Of a stretch of DNA of 64,000 bases, positions 25,801-40,021 are shown one piece after another. Location: NCBI GenBank assembly GCA_043228905.1, contig JBHGNT010000011.1, positions 18,724,001 through 18,788,000 on the forward strand. The letters are read 5' to 3'. Position 1 is the stretch's first letter. Every line of letters begins with the position of its first letter. Under the pieces are notes generated by a model, which was not told the DNA's origin, did no database searches, and saw only the letters and a program-made list of their open reading frames with translations. This DNA comes from Azolla caroliniana (Eukaryota; Plantae; Polypodiophyta). The position numbers and the translations under genes are program-made.

Positions 25801-28800
25801 GTCTAGACTCTAAATGCATCACACTCTCGTCCTAGTGTAGATATCATATAAACAATTCATTCTTAAGATGCATGACGTTTGCATCATTCATTAATACACC
25901 ATGTGCATCTTTGCCAAAGCATGCCATGTATCATTTACATTTTACATGCGTACCCAAACATCTTTTTCAAGAGAGGGAGTGTCGATTCTGACATTCCTTT
26001 ATCATGTCCATGAGTATGCATGAATGCCTTATAAGGTCTTATAAGGAAAGGTAAATCCTTCTACCTAAAATGTTTCTCACTTTAATCCACAAAACTTTTT
26101 AATGCATCAACATTATCCATTTAAAATTTCGACATTGTCCATAACATGTTTAATGCATTCTTGAACCATATCAATGAATCTAGGTGTCACGACATGAAAA
26201 AATCGCATAAGAAATAAGCACCAAAGCAACAATGGCAATATTTGTTCTCTCAAACTTCATCCATCAACAAACTCATGTTTCTACCCAACTCATGTTTTTT
26301 GTGTTCCAAATAACATCATAATGTTTGTAAATAGGTAGGAAAGTGCATTTGTGGATTGTAATAGTCTTTTTCCTCTTCTTTCTTGTGGAGCAACCCACGT
26401 CGTTACAATTAACACATCTATATAACGAATGTCTTTATCTCGTCTAAAACTTAACTATACGTTGACAATATTCTCTCATTTTCCCGATTGTGTTTGGGGT
26501 TTGGTTTGGTATCTTCCAAAGGAATTGTGTTTATCTATCCTGAACCGATGTAGAAATCCAATCAAATGGTGAAGACTTCATTCACCATTTTAAAATGTGG
26601 GAATACCACATAAATTAGAAAAGATTTGGGCCATTGTTTTCTTCTAATCACATATTATATAAGGCAAAAACAAGTTGCATGCCACAATAGAGACTCCCAC
26701 GGATAATTTCCGAATATTCCACCAATTCTTTGCAATCTCACCAACTCCGATTATTCCTCGCAAGTGTATATTTCAATATCCACTCCCTACAAATTTAATC
26801 GTGTTAATCCTTTTTATGTCCCAAAAGTTACGTGGACTTACCTTTTTTATTATTAGTATCCTTATGTCTATAGCTAAAAGAACATGGAACAAAGCAATGA
26901 TTGCCGTTATCAATACAATTTACTTCTCTTACATAAGATAACCAAGGATCCAATATTAATATGTGAGTCCAATAGTTTACTCCGGTCTTCTAATATCCAT
27001 CAATCAAGGCTTACATGAACAAACCTTGTTAAGATATATTTAGAAATTCTCCCTAGATTGTATGAATTTAGCACATAAGAGGTGGCTTTGCACATCATTA
27101 GTTTGACTTTAAATTCAATTAAACTCATATTCTATCTTATTTGTTCGTGTTCATCATCTTACACATTTCCACTATCTCAACTAATATTATAATCAAGATA
27201 TTAGACTTTGGCACCCAATTGTCTTAATTGTATTGTGTTTATATATTTCTAGAGTACTAGGCTATGTGAACATACTCATGCACTATATATTATAAACTTA
27301 AAGAACATTTGGTTATCAGTCGCTTTAATGGTGAATAACTTATTTGCATGCTTGCCACACAACTTTGATCAAATGGAGATATCGAGCTTTGTTCGATGGC
27401 TCTTGAGATGTTGATATATGCATGATGTATTCAATTCAAAGTGTTTGATTGGTTTTGTATCAAAGCAACCCTAGTAAACTTACACTCTTGGACAAAGTTG
27501 ACCCCCCCCCCCCCTCCCTTCCAATCAAAAGTTCTCTCTATGTATGAAACAAAGTGGAGACAACTTGCGAGAAAAGAAAGAATTAAAATAAACTTCTAGA
27601 AATAAATATAAGTAAAGAGACATTAACTTTAACGCCCTCGCCTTGGTCACCTGTCATTGTTTATTGAATTTCCCTAAAGAGCCATGTTCGTAGCAATAGA
27701 CTGATTACTTATTTCACCTTCCGAGAAAGCTCATATGCGTGTGTGTATTTGGTATTGAAGCCCTATTAACTTAAGAAAAGCTCGATTTATATTAATTTAC
27801 GAAAAAGGTGCAATATCTTAAGCATTTGAAGCATTATAGTCTTCTCTAGACATCATTGTTTTTTATCCTGTTGGCAAGAGTAAGATTCAATGTCATAAGC
27901 TCAATTTGATATGAGCTTCAAGCTTCATAAACTTATGTGTAGTTCGTTATGTTCAGTCTATTTAATAATAAGATATCAATCTTTGTTTTTTATGTTCAAA
28001 CATGTTACAATAGAATATATATAATTGCCTTGACGGGGGATAGTCCACGTGCACACAATGACTTGCATTAGAGGCAACAATGAGATCATATTTAAGGAAG
28101 AAAATATTGCTATTAAAACCATCACATCTTTCTTTTTATGATAATACCGTGGTCGAGCATGCTACAAGTGGACCGTGTGTCACATATATATCGGAACTAT
28201 TATAATTTGTGATGCTTTCGTACATTTGACATGTCCCATTCTCATTGCATACGAGTTAAACCCCATGTTGACAACAGTTCACATTGCAACTTGATTCATG
28301 TTCATGCATAAAAGTATTTGCAATGCTATGTGGGATCATGCATGCTTTTATCCGTTTATCATTCAACACGTATTAGTGCATGCAAAGTACCAGAAAACGA
28401 AGTGACAAGTCCATATAAAAGAAGGCCAGCTATATACTTTATTGTTTCCATATCTCTTTGTGGATTAGTCATAATATGAATGTAAAAGTAGTTCAAATTC
28501 CTCAAAAAACAAATAATAATATACAATTGAAGCATTCCTCAAAACATAAATATACGGGCATTGCGAATTTTTGACTATACTAAAATGAACACGAACACAT
28601 TTAAGATTTGACATATTGTCGTGCGTGGAAATTCATTAAATTTAAGCATGAAGCACAAAATCAATGTTCACACTATGATCCCACAAGACATCCAATTAAT
28701 CATCACGAGTAAGGGTGTCAAAATAGTTAGATGTCGAGTATGAGTCCGACACATCACGTGATTTAGAATCACTATTTCATCCCCATGGCAAATATTATAT

Positions 28801-31800
28801 ATAAAATTTGGTTCCCTTTCAATGAGCTCTTAGAAGACGAACTAAAAGCAAATTTCTTGAGTTCATAGGGCATCGTTACTTTTTCGCGTACTGTAAAGGC
28901 TAAATTAAAGGCTGAAAAGGGGAAGAAAAAGCCCCATATCTATGTAAATATCAATCTTTGCACTTTGGTTAAAAAAACAAATGACCACTATCATTTCAAT
29001 TCTAGTATTTAGTGTATCAATGCCTATAGATTTCCTCATAAGAAATAGTTAGAAATGGAATCAAGATAGTGGGTTTTGCAAATATCTGAATGCCTAATAA
29101 TTGTATTTCTAATAGAATCAATCAACCATTGGAAGCAAGTGAACGAATGTCATGCACATGTCATAAGTACTAAGTGTGGATGTGAAATACCTATAGAATA
29201 TTGTATGTTTGCATATGGTACGCACATGATGTGTATGATTACCTCTATCCGCGCACGTGTATATGTAAACCATTTCTTGCACCTTTGTCTTTCTCTCAGT
29301 CAATAAGGAATATAAACATCCATAAGCACAGACTACCAGTGGGGATGGGGTTGCTTACTTCTATGAGATGGCAATGCATTAGACTTGATGTTTGGAATCT
29401 GAAATCTGAAGTATGGTGCTCCAAAATTCATTTGTATACAAGACCATATTTTTTCCCATGTCTAGGGCGTGTAACAAGGTGGTCATGGGTTCAAGTCCTC
29501 CAAGTGATGTATGATATCTTGTATTAATTGTGACCAATTGTTAGCTACTCTCAATGCTAACACATTATTTCTTGATGACAGTTTAAGCTCGTTTGATTTT
29601 AAACATGACATATTTCTTGTATTCTTCAATCGGGAAATTTCATTGGCGGGTGTAAAATTGGTGCAACACAACAAGGGAGCAATCAATGTGACACATGACA
29701 AATCAAATGAATATAAATTTTATTTACCTTATCAAAGACACATGGGTACAAATTGAAACATATGTGAAATCATGGTGGTTCTTGACATGGCATAGTGATA
29801 GAACTAGCAGACATTATTTTACTAGCATGTGAAGAAGTTGTGATTGGAGATATCACCAAATTTCAAACAATGGGATGCTATGGTTAGTCTTCTACATGAC
29901 AAAAATATCAATCCATGTTGGGACTCTATAAGTTGATACATTAGAAATTTGGGAAGCCTTTATTTCTTTCATTGTCATGTCACTTCTATATGAACATCCA
30001 ATCGAATTAGATCTCCTACCCAAACGTCCTATATAAAAAAAAGAACATGTCCTACAGTAACCGACGTTTCCCCCTTTCCAAACTTTCCTTCATAATAACC
30101 AGTATTGCAATAAAAAAACATTAAAAGACTCTAGATCTTGGTTTTTTAATATATTTATAATACTATATAGAATGTTGTTATCCTCGTGTTTTGACGAGGA
30201 AAACGTTTACAAGCATGATTCAATGTATATTGATAATCACACCCTCTAAATTGTTGAAGGAATTCGTTAACACGAAGCTCGATCGGATATATCATTATCC
30301 ATGTAAAAAATAATACTATTGCAACGTCATCAAATTAATGACCTTCAATAAGGAGGGGTATATGTATGCACATATCACATTTTGGACAAAGTTATGAAGA
30401 TATATCATTTCTCAATTATGTGTGGCAATTGTTAAAACATGGCTTGCTAGGAGTTATTGGCATAAACACACAATGAAAGAAGTGATAGAAAAGAACTTTA
30501 AAAACTACCGAAGTCATTATTTTTTACTATATGTTTAGCATGTGAACTATTGATTATTTCTGTAAAAATTCCAATCGGAAGTTGAAATAATTTGACTCAT
30601 TTTCTATCAATGATGACGAGATCTTTCAATTGGCGAAACATTCTAAACAAATATAAAGTAAAACTTCTTTAGAATTACTTTTGGAGTATTCTACATAAGA
30701 AAAAAAGAAAAAAACTAATGTTATGTTTGAAGCGTAATGTGGAAGTAATATCATTATACACCATGCTCAAGACTTTCACCGACAATTACTCAATGAACAA
30801 TCTTATTCCATGAATTAAGACTTTTAAGTGGAAATGTACAAGCAATAGACCTTACCCTCTGCAACCTTGATGTACTGTGTTCAACTGCCAAGAAATTAAC
30901 TTAATTCTATGCTCTTTAAAACAATCTTGATATGAAATACGTAGATATGGCGATACTAATTCATGTTCCTCGACCCTAGCTAGGAAAACGAACAATAGCA
31001 TTGCCATAGAATCCTAATAAATGCATACATAGAATGCTCTTGTCACTTCATGGCATAAAATAATCTTGTGTGATTTAGTAGTTCTCGAAATCTTCACCTT
31101 TTGATTTGCAATACATATTGGCTTCAGGAACCGCTAAGCTAGAAGAATACACCTCCATACCCAAAGATTTGATGTGACACATATTGTTCAAAACTAAATA
31201 CAATCAGAGAGGATAGATTGGTTAGTCTTCTACCGATGCAGGTCCACGACCAATATGCATGATGTCTTCCTTGCTAAGATGCACATAAATATATCCACGT
31301 ATTTTCAAAGTGTGCTTTTTTTTGTCTTCCCTAAAATAAAATTTGCTTGGACCATACTGAGATGTTATAACAATTGGTAAATATAATTGTGTCAATGACT
31401 TTACAATGCTCACAACAACATAAAAGGATTTTTCTAATTATATTAGATCATCGCATTAAAAACTAGGGCCTATTTCATGAGACCAATAGATGATGTAAAT
31501 TTGTGGTGGTTTTGTTGGGAATTGGTCCTTGCAATAAAAACACTAGTGATAGATTTGTTACGACAATAGCTACAATTAGCGATACATATTTCTCACTACG
31601 TTTGGCTCTTATCTTGTCCAAGCAATTGCTTATCATTCATTAGAACATTATCCATGTGAACATTGTAACTATCATCTATTCGATTTGCTTTTCCTTTGGT
31701 AAACTCAAAACTGTAATAACTAAACAAGTTATATGCACTAAACTATCGTCTAAAGCATTGTGAACATGTGGTGACACTTTGAATATGTAAAAGTAAATCA

Positions 31801-33629
31801 TTTTTTTCTCGATAGGATAAAGAAACTACTCAAGTAGTAGGAAATCTATTCCATTCTTAACTTTGTGGCTTTAAAGTAGAGATCATAATCACATAACAAG
31901 GTCATCCATAGGTCAAATGGAAACTTATCCATCCTATTATGCATACATATATGTGTAGCCCTAGACAAGAACCGAAAAGGTGAGTATCGTTTGAAACTAA
32001 TACCTCCTTATCACACCACCTTCCCATGCACGAAATTCCACTCATTGCCCTACTATAATCGATTAAGAGATATAGCTTTGAGCAGTGCGTTGTGATCATT
32101 AATACAAAAGAACACCTTGATTACAATGAATTACACAATGTAAAAGAGGAATTGAGGAGTTGAAGGGGGGTCATGCTCAAAGAGAATGGGCCTCAACCCA
32201 ATCTCATGTGTAAATCAATTCCATTCGTAGTGTGTGGCATGTATAAGTAGATATTTTTTTGAGAATGTGGATAGGACCATAGATGAGTGTTATACTAGGA
32301 AGGATGTCAACAGTATTGTGTGCGTCGTGGTGTTTGTTATTGTCATTCCAGATTTTGGAGTTACCCAAGGGGTATCGATGACTACTCAATCTAAAACACT
32401 AGAGTTTTGTCCTTGGCACCTCCATAAGGTAATTGGCGTACAACAATCAATTAATATGATGATGCTCAAGAAGATATCGTAGGAGTAAGAATGCACTTTC
32501 TCTTGTTAGGAATAAGAATTATCTCTAGACCCAAGTCTCTAATTTGCAATGGAGAATGGGGAGAAGATGAAGATGGGGATCATGGTTTGCATAGGATTTT
32601 TGAAAAACTAATGTTATCATACAAAAGGATCATAGAGAGTTGCAAGGTAAATCAATGGAAATGATGATGATTTCTCTACTACTACTATGTGTCCAACAAA
32701 GAACTGCATGATTGCAATGCACGACAGACACTTGGAATATACCACCACCACACATTTTGATGTACTCCAAACCCTTCTTTTATTCAAATTAAGCTCTTCT
32801 TTATTGTCTTCAATGTAGATTTTATTGAAGGTTGTGGATAGTATGTCCACTGGAAGGCTGGGGTCGGCAAGTTTCTCTTCTATGATTTCCTAGGAAGGTA
32901 GGGTTTAGAGTTTCTAGGAGAATTATATGAATCCGAAATGCTTGGGAAGTGACACTCACACAACATGGTTACTGTGCTTGACAAAGGGTTGATAAACAAC
33001 ACGATGCTAGTGAATTGTGAGGATTTGGCCACTGGAAGATGTATCGAGAAATAAAACCTAGGATCTTCATGAAGCTCAATATTGGGATTAGGGTTTAGGG
33101 TAGTCATGTTTTTTTCCTTCTAACTAGCAATCTTGCATAGTTTAGTGTTGGAGGTAAACATGTATGAGATTTATTCCAAGAATCAAATATAGCTTGTCCA
33201 TTATTGACCCTAAGTATATCTCATTTCAAGTTCACTTTTGTGCAACATCCCTGGTTTCATAATGCATAAAGAATTGAAAGCTCTAGTTGTTTGCTTATGG
33301 GTATTTAGAAAAACACACAAAAAAGACCAAAGGAAATGATTCATGGAAACCCACCAATTATTGAAAATGTTTCACGATGGTTTTATAATTCCGCCCTAGT
33401 GTCTAGAAATTTGTTACAATTTACCAATGAGTTGTCTTGTTTTCTTGGTGCCCTATAGGTGGTCGCTGTCTTGCTACAATAGCACATACATCTCTTGATA
33501 AAGCTAATGGGTGCATATCCTTCCATTAGTTTAAAAAAGGCATATCAATGACAAAATACAAAATAGTTGGAAAGGAAGTGACTATCCTTCCTAAGCCCAT
33601 CTTGTGTAAGACAATGGCTAGCCATGGAT

Positions 33630-33855
33630 CCTTCGTTTGATGAAATTGATTGAGCATTTCCTCAAATTTCCCATTCTCAGCATATCTTGCAATCATGCAT
33701 TCCAAGAGACTTGTTGCTAGACTGAAAGCCTGTGAAATACTACTTGTGCCTCGGCAAGTGACTCACATTTCGCATACATATCTACTAATGTATTGCCAAT
33801 GAAATAATATATTTCAACAACTTTTTGTACAATATCCTTGTGAATTTCATTGCCT
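33630..33855 (-). pseudogene. PLS-class pentatricopeptide repeat (PPR) gene fragment
   Basis: Translates as GNEIHKDIVQKVVEIYYFIGNTLVDMYAKCESLAEAQVVFHRLSV*QQVSWN(frameshift)MIARYAENGKFEEMLNQFHQ, a typical L-S-P motif succession. One stop and one 1-nt frameshift. Confidence 0.8.
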
Positions 33856-35016
33856 GCTAATGGGTGCACACAAATTGTTCACACATATTAGCAAACGGGC
33901 CAGTGCTAACAATAAAATAATTCTAAATATATATGAACAACTTCATGAAAGAGAAAGCAAATGTTATACTCACATCATCGCATCACAAGGCCAAAATTCA
34001 AACTATATGAGACTAGCAAAATTACAACTAGTATGAATCATATAGAATATTCGATAGGGTAAAATGAAGCAAAATTGAATTGTACCTAAACTAGTTAGAT
34101 ATCATGGGTAACTCGGTTGTGATGTGTAAAAGTAATGTGGAGGTTACAATACAATTGGGATAAGTAGAACATGAAGTATCATTTTAGCGTCCTTGGGAAA
34201 ACAATTGAGATCTAAAGACATGCCCCTAACCATGGTGAGGATTAAACTTGAGTATTTTTCAAATTTATGACTTTTGATGCACCAACCCAATTGCAAGAAT
34301 GAGACAATGATTGGACTATTGAAAGATAATCAATGACACTAACTTGCATCCTCGTCCTTGAATCTTATTAAGAACTATACAATGGAATATATAATCTCTA
34401 CACATCTTTGGACTAGATGGCATAGATGAAGTAACACCATGAGATAGATGCACACACACACACACACACATATCCATCGGTATCATAAATCTATCCGTCA
34501 ATGATGTGGAGAAGATGTTGTCCAGGAACCCCATCTTTCCAACTAGCTCAAATAGAGGTTTGAACCATGTCCTCTTCTCTACCTAAATATGTGTTGTGTA
34601 TTGATTTTGCTGGCTAGCCTCAATATCAATTAGTTTGAAAGATGATATCTATGCTTAAATCATAGAATAAAAACTACAACTAATCCACTTCTATTATCCT
34701 CTCTAAAGGCTTTATTATCCTCAATGGTGCAATAAAAACGGTTACAGAAGACTTGGGATGTTTGCAAAATGTGTTCTGCTGTTTTTATCAAATAATTTTG
34801 GACAGAAATTTGATTTCAATATAGGAAAAGTAGTATTGGTTAACTGGTACGCTGGTATGTCGCAAAATTTAATATCCATATAGAGAAAGCAGTTTTGTGT
34901 TGCCACAATAGTTTCTCTGAAAGAGTTTTAAACATCACGCTGATGCAAGTAATTTGTCCAAAATGGAATGTTTCAGTTCTTTAAAAATTACGAGTGAAAA
35001 CTGCAGTAGTGGGAGT

Positions 35017-35224
35017 CTCTCTAGTTTCGTAATGATGTCAAACTAGGATTCTGCATTGCGGATAAATTATGACATGTTTTAGTAGTGTAGAAGACAGCAA
35101 TTGGAGCATACCAAATTGTGCTCTCTAGTTTCATAATGATGTCAAACTAGGATTCTGCATTGTGGATAAATTGTGACATGTTTTAGTAGTGTAGAAGACA
35201 GCAATTGGAGCATGCCAAATTGTG
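35017..35224. repeat. Tandem duplication, 2 x 104 bp
   Basis: ctctctagtttc...ggagcat(a/g)ccaaattgtg starts at 35017 and 35121. Confidence 0.9.
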
Positions 35225-35757
35225 CAAAATATTATCAGGCATCAACTAGAAAAAATATTTGTGTTGACCTTGCAACTATCATTTTGTCTCCACACTAGGA
35301 AAACACTAAGCACTCACAATATTTGCATGCATGAATTAAAATCAGAACCATGCTTAATTGTTTATGCCAAAAATGATGAGACAATAGTGTCATTAGTTTA
35401 AATTGAGAAAGGGAATCCAGGGGCCGGGCATTTGATAACATGCCCACTATGTTCAGTCAAGCATCAGGGGCCTTCGAATGGTATATCCATCATCATAGCA
35501 CCCTCTTTTGTATAGATTTAATGTACCTGTCAGGGATTTATACATACTGCTGGTCAAAAGGTTATGATACAAGTTATACTTACAGGGCCAAGGCTCATGT
35601 ATTCTCTTTAGAATTACAACGTATGAAAGGAGAGTTATGTCCAATAGCAAATCCCTTCACCACAGGGTATTCAGCCATTTAAGCAGAATCGTCGTTGATA
35701 TAGACCTTTGTTTCAGTGTATGCATAGACCTGTATCACTTTCAGATCAAGTTATGCT

Positions 35758-35885
35758 GTCAGAAGACCAAAATCACATCCTTCTGACAAGCAAGGGTGTG
35801 AAGAACAAAACCACATCTTTGATGACCAAATCACATCCTTTTGAAGATTGACTACCATAATCACATTCTTTGAAGAACAAAATCG
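35758..35885. repeat. Short imperfect repeats (gaagaccaaaatcacatcctt-like, ~4 copies) in the predicted Twinkle 3' UTR
   Basis: Direct reading just downstream of the Twinkle stop codon. Confidence 0.6.
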
Positions 35886-35907
35886 GTGTAGAGTGACAAC
35901 AAATGTA

Positions 35908-38900
35908 TCAAACAGTCTTCTTGACAATTTGTTTGCAGTCTGAGTACAACCCTGTCACCCTACATTCAACAACAAAATAGATTTCAGTAAGTTTCATTCA
36001 TGAAAGGTATTACAGGCAATCAACGTGTCTAATACTCTTTAGTCTATCTTATTTAGCAACATTTATTTATTTTGATTTGTTGTTCTCAAAGACGAGACAA
36101 CACTTAAGATGTAATTGCTTGTTTGGTCTTATATGCCACTTTGGCCTCTTACAACACATTACTATATCTTTCTTTCTTTCTATTAAACCTGTCATAAACA
36201 AGAGTTGCTTCTCCTAGCGTCCCTGACACTTTGTTACGAGCTTTCCTTACAAATATCTGCCACACAAGTTACAGGATATCAGGACAGAGCATATACTAAA
36301 ATTTTAAAAATACCAGAAAAATCTGACGCGACTAGAGACACACCTCTACCCTGTCAAGTGGACCTTTTGTTGGATCCCTGTTGCGATGAACAACTAAACC
36401 ATTGTCACATTTGTTAACAAAATGGGCACTACCACTGATATCATAAAGATTTGGCGCTTCTCCATGCCAGAATTGCATCTACAAAAGAAAACTCTAATTG
36501 AGTTTCAGGTTTAGAAGATAACAATAAAATCTTTCGAGGTATAAAATATCATACCTGTTTTGGATGTGCTACAAACCAAACATGGCATCCATGATGCTGA
36601 GCAAACCGTTTTATTTTAGTAAGCATTTTACTTACATATTCGGTCTCAGTCCTGTAAAAAAAAAAATCCTTAACCATTGATCAAAACATGCGTTGCAAGA
36701 AGCTGTGAAGTCCTTACTGTTGAGAGCCACGCTGATGATCCAGTTCATTATAAGGATCTATCACTAATCCTCGTATTCCATGTCTCATAACTGCTGCTTT
36801 TGCGAGCTTCAGCACCCAATCAACTGATGGAACCTCGTCATCCTCACATCTGTGGAAAATGAAGACAATCAAATCAAACTCTCAATTGGGGTTGGCCTAG
36901 TGGTTGGGGCCCTGTAACCGTAGGTTGTCTTCGCTTTTAGTTATTGCAAATGGAAATTGACCCAGTCTCTTAAACACATCATAAATGATCACCTAATCAG
37001 AAAGAAGTTATCATTCATCCACTGCTTTCCTATCTCAAGCTCTTCCGGTGTAATTCGTTCTCTGTTCTCAGAATATCTGTAAATATAAAATAAAAGTCAA
37101 ACACAGATGCCAAATATCTGTAGTTCACAAAATTGTTGATAATATGGGTATTTGGTGAGTGCGTACATGCCATTGAAATTCTTGGTCACCTGTATATTAT
37201 TTTCACATTTACACCTCATGTCTACTAGTGATAAGATAATATTATTTTTTAATACTGTTTGCATATTTAATGATGATCAAGTGTTTATGGAAGAGTCACA
37301 TACATGGCATTGAAAAATGGTTTCTTCCAGTACTTCTCTAGAAGTTTTCGGCCATGTTCTCGTACCTAGATTTAAAGAAACATAATAAGGAATTCATGTA
37401 AAAATCGCATATGGTCGATCAGAGGCTAAGCACCTGCCATGTTCTCTACCTAAATTTAAAGAAATATAAATTGGAATTCATGTAAAAATCACATGTGGTT
37501 GATGTTAAATGCAGAGGCTAAGCACCTTATTTTCCATCGAACAAAGTCCAAAAGTCCAGCCTTTTAACTGGACTAAGTTAACCATGAGAGCATCAATCCA
37601 TTCGCTCTTTCCAGATCCGGGTACCCCAGTAACCAAAGTTAATTCACCAGGGACTACCTGTTGGGAACATAATGTTCTACTTTAAATTCATGTAAAGAAA
37701 TATTTGTAACAAATAAAATAATGTAAATTTACCCACTTTGTAATAGTCATCTAGGCTAGGCCAACCAGTTGATACACCAGTTTCATCACCGTCAATTGCA
37801 CAAAAATAGTTATCAAGATCCTTGAAGAAGTCCGAAAAGGTGAATAATCCACGAATTGGATAGAGTTCCGCAGTATCAATAGCACACCGCAGTTCATCTG
37901 GTCCAAGTTCCACAAGTACCTGTGTCGTAAATATGAAAGGCAAAGTAATAAATGCTGTGATGTAAACTTTGTTCTTCAAGTTTCTAATCACAAAGATAAA
38001 TTCAATATATTTAAAAAGTAGAGATATCTGGCTGTGCTAGTAGCAGACAAATGTGATGGGTCTCTTTCTTAACTTGCAAGACACTATGCAGAGGGAATAG
38101 AAAATCAGCCGACCAACTATTGCATGATGATGGTAGGATCTTGTGTGGTAAACTTCTAGGAAGCACTGTTGAATATCAACTCTGTGAGTGGGCTGAAGAA
38201 AACAGCAAGAGAGCTCTGTGATAAGCAGGTTTCCAATGAAACCACAGCTTACTGATATGCATAAAAGCAGAAGGGGGCCAGGTATCAATTAGTTTGAAGA
38301 TGCAGGTTGAAGAAAAACGTGGTGAAACAAGGATGCCCTCTTTCACCTACTCTATTTGTTATATGCATTGACCAACTAGAAGAGTTCATCCAAGAAGCCT
38401 TAGGAAAACATGAGGAAAAAACAGCCATCAGGCCTTTCATTGCTGTTGCTTGTGAATTATGCATATGATGTGTACTTCCGGCATATTGTCAGCTGAGACT
38501 GCAAAAGCTTTTAGATACAGTAGGCACTTTCTGTAAACATGGTGACCATCAGTCAACGTGGCTACGACAAAACTCAAGGTGATAGCACTATCAAACCTGA
38601 AATCCATCAGCCAGTATTGTCCACAAACAAGATCGGCACATATGAACTCAATGCTCTTTGTTAAGTACCTGCCATATGCTTCATGTCTCATTCACCAACA
38701 TTCATATCATCATTGTCTCCAAGGATGAATATATGTGTGCATGAGATGAAGACACCAATAGGAACTGCCAGAATCTAAAACCTTGAGGTAATACTAGTGC
38801 GAACAGAGCCAAACAATGTAAAAGACGATAAAGGTCATTTTTAGGCCTTTTTTGTCTACTTCCTCATTCTCATCACTTAAACCAAAGCTTCCCAAGTCAC

Positions 38901-39987
38901 AGAGATAGAAGTTAATGAAGAAAAACAATACAACCACAATTGGCCATCAACAGAGGACAAACACAACTTTCTTTCAGTACATTATGCCTCATTCTACAAG
39001 TAAATCAAACACTACACAAGTGTATTCTCGGCCAAGACACTCAAAAGGGGTTACAATAGATCAGGCAATAGCAATAGAACATAGGCCACAACCATCAGGA
39101 TCGTAGCCTCATCACCCTTCTCATCAACAAAATAAAGACCTTTATGGCCCAGAGCTCCTACCATTTTGACTTGCCCACGTTGGAGATGTTTCAAAGACAC
39201 ATTAATATAGTTTTGTTTCTTTATCACTCTCTCTTCTCATTTTTATAAAGATTCGTATCAAAAATTTTACTCTAAACCTTTAGTAATCTTCCTGTATATG
39301 ACTGTGGTTCATAGCTAATCAAAGCGTATTTTGCTCATTTTATTAATGCATGGTCAGCTTATTTTCACCATTTGTAGCAGACTAATAAATACACCGTGAT
39401 CTCAACCAGCATACTACCTCTTCTACAATGTGATATTCATGATCTCATGTGTGGTAAGAGTATATATGTAAAGAAAGCATGACATCCAAAAGCAGGAAGG
39501 CCTGATGCACGAAGCCCAAAAGTGTGAAGGCCAACTCTAAGACTAAAAAACAAAAGAAAAAAATATATATATTAAAAGAGCATACGAGACCTGAAAGCAC
39601 AAAGGCCAGCCCTCCAAAAATAATATACATATATAGATAGATAGATAGATAGATAGATATGCTTGAAAGCATGAAGGTCCACAGGCACTGAGCACACAAT
39701 GATTTGCAAAAAAAATAAAGCTCTATGTATGTGTGTGTATCATAATAACAATATTAAGAATAAATAAACGATAAAATAGTGCTACTAAAAAAAGAAATAA
39801 TACTAAATACATATATATAATAGTAATTATAGTGATGGCATCAAGCACAATAGTAGTATTATTTTGTATTTTATTCTGCATCCAAGCATATGTACACTCT
39901 GCTCAGGGAAAGGGCCTTCTTGCTTTCGAACGGGTATATACACACAGCACATACAGACATATATTTATATAGATTTATATATATATG

Positions 39988-40021
<34 letters not shown>

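Noticed and set aside
23400-33300. Scattered hints of old gypsy/LINE/DNA-transposon debris
   Set aside because: Too degenerate to assign family or boundaries without a repeat-library search.
35017-35224. Possible tandem C/D-box snoRNAs
   Set aside because: Only ATGATGT is present; no proper C box/terminal CTGA pair or terminal stem was seen.
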